DNA of 64,000 nucleotides. Source: Yuukianura sp. NJ FZ-2021 (taxonomy: Eukaryota). The position numbers and the translations under genes were made by a program. The notes under the pieces were generated by a model. The model searched no databases. It worked only from the letters and a program-made list of their open reading frames with translations, and was not told the DNA's origin. Below are positions 54,401-64,000 of the stretch, one piece after another. The stretch's first letter is position 1. Each line of letters starts with the position of its first letter. The stretch covers positions 6,076,001 through 6,140,000 of the forward strand of contig CM102284.1 of the NCBI GenBank assembly GCA_046563655.1, given 5' to 3'.

Positions 54401-57400
54401 AGGAAGTCCAGTTGATATTAGTGACTCCAGGCATGAAAGACTTGTCAACGCGCTTGAGCAGCGCACGAATCAGGACAGTAAGATCCGTTGGAATTTTGGA
54501 TTTTGTTAGAACAAACTTGTCCAGCAGGCCCTTCATCTTTTCATACGTTGCGAAAATCTTGTCTTGTCTGTAGTAAACAATTTGAGCCACATCCGGAATT
54601 TCAAGGTCAAGTTTTCGGATAATCTCCGTTTCATCAATGATTTGGCGAAAGAACGGGTCAAAGTTCAAAACCATTTCTTGTCTAATGGTTCCACGAAGTG
54701 TTAGAAGTGGTGCCTCCAAACTGTCGTAAATCGCTGCACATTGCTTCACCCAAGCATCGTGAAACAGGATTTCAAAATAAATCAGCTTTTTGGCCAGTCC
54801 GTTGTACGCTTGTACCACCGGCTTGGAGTCATCTCGTTCCAAAACTTTCGTTTTCTCTTGGAAGTAAAGCATTGGGCGCTCGAGACGACTGGAAAAGTTC
54901 AAAAACTGTTTTTGAAAAAGTTCAAAATAAATTATTTTTGATAAAAAATTCTTACCGAAAGAGATGACGTGCCCAAGCAATTTTTCCGGCGAAAGGCGGA
55001 TATCCCCGAGGAATCGGTGTATCATTTTTCTCGGATTCGTAAATTCCTTTGAGCATGTTGATTTCATTGTGATAAAATTGAAAAGCGTACCACTGCTTGT
55101 CCTCAATGTTCAAACAGCGATTTCTAAGATTTGCAAATCTTTCCAGTAGTTCCAGGCAGTGCATTGCAGTTGGACAATTTTCAATAGCCTTGTCCATAAA
55201 TGCTTCCAGTGCTTTTTGAATTTCGTCTAGCGAAGCACGAATTGTTCCAAAATCTTTGTCGAAATCTGGCTGTCTAAATTCCAGTGGATCGTAACTTTTC
55301 TTCAAAATGTTGCGAAATAAGTTGTTGAGTCGGAGAGAGATGACTTCAATCCCGTCAATGTGTGACTCGTGTACGAATTTGTACATGTCGAAGATTTCCA
55401 GGAGCGTGATGATTTTTCGGAGACGTTCGCAAAAGAGATCGTAGCGGCCAAAAATGTGATTTACGGAGAAATTGAATTGTTTGCCTTCCGGATTTTGCTG
55501 AAGAGTGAGCTTCGTTTCTTCGTAGCATCCACGGTAACTTGCGTATAATTCCAGACATTTCTAAAAACGAAATCCGAAATTTTGGAAGTTTTCGGAAAAG
55601 TTTGTTCAAAAATAGTTCGATTGTTTTTTACTTTCAATTTCTCTATCATGTCTCGCTTCTCTTGATTCCAAATGGTCTCGCGTCCATCGGAAGTGAGGTA
55701 GCGGCGACAAGCGTACACCATTTGGTTACTTATCTGAGAAAAAGTTAGTACCTTATATAAAACGTTTTTTAACGCGCATTTCAAAATTGAAAATTTACCT
55801 TCACAAGAAGAGCTGTGACCTTCTCACAACTGTTGTAATAGCGAGATGTGGTATGAATCGTTTGAATTGTGTACATCATGCTGCAAAAAGAGATCAGTGA
55901 TTCCAAAATTAACTGACATGGGTCAAGGTCAGTGACTTCAAAAGTGACCTAGGAAAAGTCTCAGGAATACCTAAAATTTCTTCTCGATGAAATCTACATA
56001 CTAAGTCTCAAAAATATCTAGAATTTCTTCTTGATAAAATCTACATGTCTCAAAAGTATCTAAAAATTTCTTCTGGATAAAATCTAGGTCTCAGGATAAA
56101 GGTCAAAGCACGTACCTCGGAATATATTGCACCATTCCCGGTGGATCCAGTTGGTACAGAGGCTCAACAAACTTGGACAGAGCATACATATAGCGAACAT
56201 TGTCTTTGCTTTCGTGGTAGTCATCGGTCACTCGTGCGTCCACGTCCTTCCAGCGCTACAATACAAATTAATTGTCCATTTTCAATTACTTCAATTACAA
56301 ATTATGCAAAAGGTCACTGATGTTTTAAGTGAGAACTTACACGCAGCACTTTGGACTTGGAGTGAATCAAAAGTTGAATAAAGTGCACAAACTGCCACTG
56401 CTGAATTTGTTGAATAATGAAAGACATTTTGGCATGAAGGTTTCGCCAGTAGGCCAATTCAGCGTTAGGTCCCATGATGTCTGTGTCTTTACGCATGAGT
56501 TTGGACAGGGCCAGTACACGCTCAATATTCTTGCACCAAAGAATCACAATGTGTTCCACTTGCGAGACAACTTCAGGGTTCTTCGTTGCTTCCAGTACTT
56601 TCTCGGGAGTGCTCAAATGTTTCTCAATCAGTTCCGTCATGTCAGCAACTTGAGTCAAGTCTAATCGACTGACAATGTCATGCTTGGATTCTAACATTTC
56701 AAAAAAACCAAAACCATTTTTAAAATTTCTATTTTTCGGATTTGTAATTTGCGAAAAATCCATTTGGAAAAAAAAAACTTACCTGAGAGGAATTCGCAGT
56801 AGCGTTCAATCGAAGTTAGAAACTTGTGACGAACGCTTGCCGCCAAACTTGGTTCTGAGATGGTAATCCAGGATGGAGTGGATTTGAGGTAAGGAATGAG
56901 CAGCTTGTTCAAATTGAAAACAACCGCGTCCAGAACAATTCCAGGCTCTTCTGGATCCGTGATATCCAGAACTCCAAAATACGTGTCATCAGCAATGGAT
57001 TTGATTGTGACCTTGGTGTCATTCGATGTACGAATGAAAAACATGACTTTTCCTTTTAGTCCAACGTCTGAGCCATCCGAAACAGTCAATCGCAACATCT
57101 TTTCTTTCTTGTTTGCCTGAGCATGCACTGGGCGTCCAGAATCTAGGAAAGATTTTCCAATTTAAAAAATTGTTTTAAAACGTTCAAAATTTTGAATTTT
57201 ACCAGGTCCTGGAGGATCAGACTCTTGGTAGACAAAGACAACTGCCTTGGAGCCCTTCTTTTCAAAGAATTTGTCCATGAATTGAATGTACTGCGCCGAA
57301 TCAACGACGAATTCTTCAACATCCTTTGGTTTGAGATCCAAATAGGCAGCGACTTGTTCTATTAAAAAGTGATGCTGCATATCCAGCGCTGCTCGACGTT

Positions 57401-58142
57401 CTTCACGCGCTTTCTTGGCAGCAGCGATGCGCTGTTTGTTGATGTCAGCTTGCAAGTGAACGGATAAAGAGTGTTTCGGCTTTTTCTTGGTAGCTGGAAC
57501 GAGATAAAAATTTCTTAAGATTTTCGAACAATGAAAGAAAAAAATGCTTGGTTTTTACATTTGGATTCCCTTCGTTTCCCTTCGTCACCTTCAGCTCCTT
57601 CTTCAGCCTCCTAGAGATTTCAAAAATAGATTTATTTCAAAATTCGTTTTTCCAAAAACTGACGTTCCGATGTGGCTTACCTCATCTTCTTCCCCACCAC
57701 CACTGTCAGCGCTAGCCTTTTTCCGGCGCATACGCCGGACGCTGGCTGAGGCCGAAGCCGATTCGTCGTCCAGCGACGTTTTCTCAGCTTCACCGATCCC
57801 CGTTTCTGGTGGTGCCTCTTCTGTCAACGCTGCTTGCGGTGGAGCCCCTTCCTCTGGTTGTGCTGGAGGCTCTTCCACAGGCAATGATGGAGCTTCCTCT
57901 GATGGTGCCGGTGGAGCTTCCTCTGATGGTGCCGATGGAGCTTCGTCTTCTGGTGGAGCTGGTGGTGGCTCTGGCTCTCTCTCTGTGGATTCCATCGTAA
58001 CTCCGGCATCAGCATCTTCTACCGGCTGCGGTTGTGCTTCCTCCGGTGGTGGCGGAGGAGGTTCCTCGGGTTCTGCTGGTGGCTCTGGCGGTGGCTCTTC
58101 GTCTCCTGGCGGTGGAGGTGGTGGAGTTTCGTCGTCTGACAT
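39450..58142 (-). CDS. DNAH5: Axonemal outer-arm dynein heavy chain, gamma type (DNAH5/DNAH8 family), complete, dozens of short introns
   Basis: P-loops GPAGTGKT (49916-49939), [16 protein letters not shown] and [51 protein letters not shown]-terminus [24 protein letters not shown] is characteristic of DNAH5/8. Pro/Glu-rich N-terminus as in DNAH8. Confidence 0.96.
55958..56097. repeat. Minisatellite, three-plus copies of a ~42-47 bp unit, in a dynein intron
   Basis: Unit gtctca..ta.cta.aatttcttct.gat.aaatcta repeated three times plus a partial fourth. Confidence 0.85.
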
Positions 58143-58357
58143 CCTGAGAACAGGTTTTTATTCAAGTAGTTAGGTTGCTGGTAACTGGTTCAATTACAAT
58201 TAAAACTTAAATAACAAGAAGAGGTCGTTCAAGTGTGTGTGTCTTCTTCAGCAGTCGCGGTACGAATGAGCGATCAGTGAACGATGATGATCTTTTGATC
58301 GGGGAATGTTTTAGTGAAAAGGTCATTGACTTCAACAATCAAATTTTTAACTTACTC

Positions 58358-58371
58358 GTTTCCATGACAAC
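58358..58371. promoter_or_regulatory. RFX X-box upstream of the dynein heavy chain gene
   Basis: GTTTCC-AT-GACAAC fits GTHNYY-AT-RRNAAC, about 215 nt upstream of the dynein ATG (58142). Confidence 0.8.
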
Positions 58372-59102
58372 GTTGACTATTCTGCCAGAGTTTAATTAAG
58401 CAGTGTCGTAGATCTGGAAAAGTTAATGATTTCGATTTGCTAACTTGTTAATTTAACTTCGTGTGTAACTAATTAATTAATGCTTTGATTTGATTTAATG
58501 CTTTTAGTAAAAAAAACACAAAACGATTATTTTTTAAGTCGCAATGTCTCAAGTTGCCCCTGTCAAGAGAATATTAAAATTTCAAATTTTGAAAAAGGCG
58601 GGAACTTAAAATCCAAAAAGGTGAAGCGACTTTTTCAAAGTCAATTTTATTTTTTCTGTTCCAAATTCAACTTCAGCAGTCACCACAAGAGAGAGAGGGA
58701 ATTTCTTTTTAGCGACACAAAGTTTTAATTTCAATATCGAGTTTTTTAATCGTTTCAGGCAATTTTCTAAGAAAAACGTTAGAAAACGTTAGTTCCGGAA
58801 GTTATTCAAGGTATTTCAAGTACTGAAATCAATGACATTAGGACGTTTAAGCTAAATTACCTTGTTAAGTTACAGGACTGAAAATAACAACGACGTGGAG
58901 GTGCTGCTGGCCAAGTCCGACCTCCACTGGGCGGCCACTGTCAGCGAACAGCGTCAGCGAGGTCCAGAGTCTCCCACGGTGCAGTGTTTAGATCCAGATT
59001 TCACACCACTTCTACTTACCAAAGACTGAGAATCGAATGACCTCGAAGAAGGTTAAACAGTGACGGCGCTCTATTTAGTGGTACCTAAACTCTTTCATCG
59101 GT

Positions 59103-61617
59103 ATGACCGATTATGTAAGAGCAGTCGTACAGACTGCTAAAAGTCTTTGGGATCTTTTACCACCTTGGAGGAGTCGTGAAGCAGGATCATCACAAAATCA
59201 AACCCGACCTTCATCATCAGTAACCCTAGCTAACGGACTACTTCAATATAATAATAACGGGATTTATTCAGTCAGTCGCAAAAGGAAATCGGAGCACCCG
59301 GACTGCTATACAATTACGTGAGTAAACTCTGACAGGTTTTAGTTGGTTTGGTATACAATTATGATTTGATCTAGCGACTCGGACTTTGAGTGTGCACCAA
59401 GCCCAAAGTATCAACGTATAATACAAACAATGTCAAAACAGAAGCAAAGGCAAGCCGGCAAGCCAGTTAGCAATGGCCGCTCGGGACCGTCAAACGCAGC
59501 ACCACCTTTTTCATCTACACAGCGTTCGAACTTACTGCAAGGAGGAGGGTATAAACTACACTTTCGTCTATGAATTCAATCACTTTTGATTTTCTTATTA
59601 TAACTTTGCTTACTTTATTTTAGAGTTTTTTGGGGTACGAATATTGGAAATGCTGCTAAGCCTTACGGTATCCGTGCTACTCTACATGCAGCTGAGGCTC
59701 GAAATACGCGAAGTTCCTTGGCGTCTAATGTGGCTAAGAGCCGCTTATGTCATAAAGAGATTGAGGAATTAATGGATCGCTGGGATTCAGACATGAGCGT
59801 GAGTACGCCCCTTGCACCATCCAGCTCAACTTTCAGTAAAAAATCAACTCAGGCTACAACTTCGAGTTCACTGGCACCACCCACTGCAAGTTCTTCGAAA
59901 GGGAATGCAACCACTAATCGAACTCCTGCTTTACAAATGTCGAAGACCTCCAAGCACATGTTCTCTATAGCCCATACGCCGCGTCCAAAGCATTTTATCC
60001 CGTCATTTCGGACTTCCATTGTTTCTCGAGGATCCAAGCCTGAGGTGGTAGACTTGGAGAATGAAGAGGAAGACGACGTTGTGATTCTCGACTCCCAGCC
60101 AAAAATCTTCACATCTTCTCCAGCAGTCAATGCTCGACCGTTAAGCAAACGAACGTTTCCAACCCGGCTTTCATCTATTAAGAGCAGCGGAAGTATAAGC
60201 ACCCCTAGTCAAAGTCTAACATCTTCACTACTGCTTGAGGAAGATGAGGAAACAAAACCACAGGAAGATGATGATCTCATGATAATTTCTGAAAAAATTA
60301 TTACTCCTAAGCTCCATCGAATCAATTCTCTGGAATTGGAGACCCGAAGTTCCAGATATCGTGAGCAGTCTTGGCTAAATGACTCGTAAGTTCTAAAATG
60401 TTTTTTTTTTAGTATTTTGTTTTGATTTCGTAATATTTGTAGGCTTGGTTCCTTCCATGATAACCGAAAGTTTCGGGAAGACCGAATTGATTTTGAGACA
60501 AAGAAACTGGCGATCCTCAAGAACCAGTCGTTGCTCAATAATGACATTGAGGCTCGAATTCGGAATAACTTGACACTTACCGACATCATCGTTTTGGAGG
60601 AGCCGGAAGAGAAATTACCGGAGTTCACTAGGGACATGGAGGATATGAATGAGGGATGGGTAAGTTTTATTCCGCATTTATCAAATTCGCTATCTCTGTT
60701 ACTATGTACGTTTATGATACGCATGGAATATGACATTACATTTTTCTAATAATTTCCAGCTTCGTGGTCGTACTGATGCTGTTTTAGTTGTCACAGCGTC
60801 CAACATTCAAATAACGAAAGGCGACATCAAAACACTGGGTCCTGGGCAATGGTTGAACGACAACGTGAGTTGAAAAACAACCAAAAATATTGCCAATACT
60901 TCTTTATTTCCTAATAATTTTATGCTCTTAACAGATAATTAATTCATACATGGATCTTATATCTGCACGGGCCAAATCCAACACTTCCTTACCAAAAGTC
61001 CACGTTTTTTCTACATTCTTCTATCCAAAGTACCTCAACGAAGGGCACTCCAGAATTCTCAAGAGATGGACAAGGAAGGTAAGTTTGGATCAAAACATGA
61101 CGTTACTCAACATAAGCTGCCATCAGCAACAATCAATCCTAAATTGTTTACGTTTTCAGGTTGACATTTTTGACGTTGATCTGTTAATTTTCCCGATACA
61201 TCTTGGAATTCATTGGTGCCTGGCCGTTGCAGATCACCGAAACAAGACTTTAAGATACTTCGATTCTCTATTTGGACAATCGAAGCGGGCGTTAGAGGTG
61301 CGTAAGGATTGTGCAAACTGCATTTTGTTGTGCTGACTTCGAGAATTTTAATTTTCTTTTTTTAGGCTCTCCTGGAGTACATGAGCAGTGAACATCTCGA
61401 GCGGAAACAGGCGAAGTTTGACACTTCAAAGTGGAAGTTGGTTATGGAGACTGGAATTCCTGGACAGGAGAATGGAAGTGATTGTGGTGTGTTTACCTGC
61501 CAATTTGCAGAGTATTTGTCTCGTGATGCCAAGTTGACCTTTAGCCAGAAGAATATGCCTTATTTTCGTCAGAGAATGATTTATGAGACTGTCAAACAAG
61601 AAATTTTGATTCGGTAA
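59103..61617 (+). CDS. SENP1: Sentrin/SUMO-specific protease (peptidase C48, SENP1/Ulp1 type)
   Basis: Multi-exon gene with WLND, STFFYPK, KRWTRKVDIF, PIHLGIHWCL (His), YFDSL (Asp), QENGSDCGVF (Gln, Cys) and MPYFRQRM. Long disordered N-terminus; start Met tentative. Confidence 0.93.
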
Positions 61618-62161
61618 GGAATGTATCCAATCCAAGGATCGATCGTCCCAATATTAATTACATTTTTGCCAAACTGTCCAACCTCTTCACAAACGACGTT
61701 TGGGCACCATGTCGTACCTTGTGTAAATCTTAACGTTGGGGTGAACGGTCCGGTTAATATTTTGATTTATAAAAATATTCTAATTTAACTAACTACTTAA
61801 ACTTAGAATTTGGGAAAAAATTGTTTAATGAACTATAAAATCTTCATTTTCTTGCAAGGCAGAATCTGATCTGCGACTCTTGTTCCCTGGAATCTTTTGT
61901 CTACTTTTCTTATGTTTTGTCTGGGATTAGAATTTTAGAGTTGTAAAAGTAATTGATACATGGAACTTAATTTAAAAATTCAGTTGAAAAGTTGATTTCA
62001 TTAATGCATCACTCAGTAACTGACCAGTGTTGATTTCACTCAACTCTGCAAAGGGAATTCAAGAATATTAAATTTATGTCTTAAATTCAAGTTTTGGCTT
62101 GAGCAACTTGAAAAACTTGTTTAGGTCAAGGTCACTGGGTCATGTGACATTTGATTGTAAA

Positions 62162-62466
62162 ATGGACGAGGAAAGGCGTCTGTTGCGTCGTTTCCTCTTG
62201 AGTACTCTAAATAATTTGTTTCCTTGAGATATAACATGATAACGTAATATCTCGTGCACTAAAAAGTAAATGAAGCAAGTGATTTCATCAGTTGCTTTTA
62301 GGCGTGCTGACCATCCTCGTGTCCTTCATAACACACGCATTCTGGAAGGTAATCAACTGGATACAACTTTTTAGTCAAGTGACTCTGTTGGCCAAGCATA
62401 ATGAATGTAATTTTGTTTTTGCAGAAGTCTCAGGATGAGATGACATGCCGAAGCTCCAGCTTATGA
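62162..62466 (+). CDS. Candidate spliced 42-aa single-pass micropeptide (or alternative 5' exons of glycogenin)
   Basis: Exons 62162-62201, 62302-62348, 62425-62466 give MDEERRLLRRFLLSVLTILVSFITHAFWKKSQDEMTCRSSSL*. The first donor (gtactc) is weak. Confidence 0.35.
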
Positions 62467-62907
62467 GAAAACTCTACCATGTAAAATTAACTGGACTCTG
62501 GAAGTTTGCCGTTATGTGATACAACTTAAGTTTTCGAAGCTAGGCGTCCATCCCCTGCCTGCTGATTTTGCTCTTGGTGCTGCTTTCTTACTGATGAAGA
62601 GTCTCTGCCTGTGTGCTTCGTTGCTTTTAGACTAAAAGTTCAACTCCAAAGTTGTTCGGCATTCGGGAACTGAACTTCGAAGACGCCGGTCCAACTTCAA
62701 CTACTAAGGAGAACATGTGGAATAAGGTCTAGAATCCTGTGAATCTATTATAGCTCTCCTCGTCAGTCCACCTACACAACGTACATCAAATTACAAAAAT
62801 TTCACAACAAACTTCGCAAATAAGGCGTACAACACCGAATTTCCCCAATTTTCGTCATCAACTGAACGGATTTACAAAATATCTGCAGAAGTTTTTAGTT
62901 AATCGTC

Positions 62908-64000
62908 ATGGCCAATCCGGGTAAGTTTTCATCCAGAATGGATTTTAAACTTGTAATTTTAAAAAAAATATGCCAACTTTATATTCGCAAAATTTTGAAA
63001 TGGCGGCGCAGTGAAATGAAAACTAAACATTGTAGTTATTGAAATTTTTCGGAAAAGAGAACGGGAAGATTTTCATTTAGAAAATTGAAAATCGTGTTTC
63101 TGGAGAAATTGAACTTTTCATTTGAAAACTTGACTTTCTTTCAGTTTTTCAAATTTAGAATGCTTTAAGTCAATAAGGGCGTGTCCGAAATATCAGAAAT
63201 TTCCCTTTTTCAGTACAAAGTCGTGACGCATTTTCAATTAAGTTTGAAACATTTGGAATTTGAAGATGAAAAAGAGGGTTGGGCTGTTTGAACTTTTCGG
63301 AGTTGTTTGCTCTTGAGACGTAGGATTTGTTGGCCGTTGTTTTTTTCAGGTTCTAAATGATCTTGAGAGTACAAAAATAGAAAGTTTGTTTCAATGATCT
63401 TCTGAAATTCCACATCTCTTGAGATTTAGGGGGAAAAGATGCTCAGAATTTATTTTTGGCGTTGTAATTTATACCATTTGGTTTCCTTTGCGCAGCATTT
63501 GATACAAGTACTAAAAACCAGGATGTGCTGCAAGGTTTGAGTGTGGCGGATGAGTCAAAAGCATGAGCCCTGTTCTATTTAATTACGTTCTGGTTCTTGT
63601 TCTGTGTCTATTTTAGAAGCGTGGGTGACACTGGCGACAAATGACTCCTACTGGTATGAATAACATCTGAAAACAACAAAGTTGAAAAATGAATGACCTC
63701 AGATTGTTTTTAACTGTCGTTTTTTGAATTTTTAGCCTGGGAGCACTTGTTCTGGGTACTTCGTTGAGACGCGTAGGAACGACGAGGGACTTGGTCGTTA
63801 TGGTCACTCCGAATGTGTCTCCGTCAATGCGATCAGCACTGCAGTCGGTGTTTAATGTTATTCAAGAAGTCAATGTACTGGATTCGGGAGATGAAGCTAA
63901 CTTGGCTCTTCTGTCACGTCCAGAACTTGGAATCACTTTTACAAAGTTACACTGCTGGAAACTTGTGCAGTATACCAAGTGTGTATTTCTGGATGCCGAT
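62908..64000 (+). CDS. GYG1: Glycogenin (GT8), 5' part, runs off the window
   Basis: Exons 62908-62920, 63617-63653, 63736-64000: [59 protein letters not shown]. Confidence 0.96.

Noticed and set aside
57544..58173. 209-aa Gly/Ser-rich plus-strand ORF
   Set aside because: Mirror of the Pro/Glu-rich dynein first exon.
58876..59063. ATG-less 50-codon frame and an 8-codon uORF before SENP
   Set aside because: Probably 5' UTR; no support for translation from sequence alone.

Overview
Eukaryotic, gene-dense genomic DNA with many short (about 50-100 nt) AT-rich spliceosomal introns. Gene content (nervana-type Na/K-ATPase beta subunits, PVR-like Ig protein, NELF-E, centrobin) indicates an arthropod; a springtail-like hexapod is a guess from composition only. 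Most ORFs in the supplied track are exon fragments or antisense shadows, so I rebuilt gene models by hand from splice sites and reading phase. In order: CDKL2/3-type kinase (-, runs off the left edge); three small tandem + genes with matching exon layout, two single-pass and two carrying PPxY motifs; a secreted PVR/VEGFR-like Ig protein lacking TM and kinase (-); two small signal-peptide orphans (-), one with a Cys-flanked FFWK motif; a small EF-hand-like orphan (+); three tandem Na/K-ATPase beta paralogs (-) interrupted by an intronless TEX9-like gene (+); NELF-E (+); centrobin-like (-); a type II membrane coiled-coil gene (-); a complete DNAH5/8-type axonemal dynein heavy chain (-) with an RFX X-box upstream; a SENP1/Ulp1-type SUMO protease (+); a possible spliced micropeptide; and the 5' part of glycogenin (+). 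Mobile DNA: three copies of a ~330-bp element carrying TGACGTCA palindromes, a related ~1.7-kb composite element, and a 5'-truncated CRE-clade LINE with poly(A) and target-site duplication. No CRISPR array, rRNA or tRNA was recognised. Homology calls rest on remembered family motifs, not database searches. The most novel-looking part is the 6-15.6 kb orphan island.
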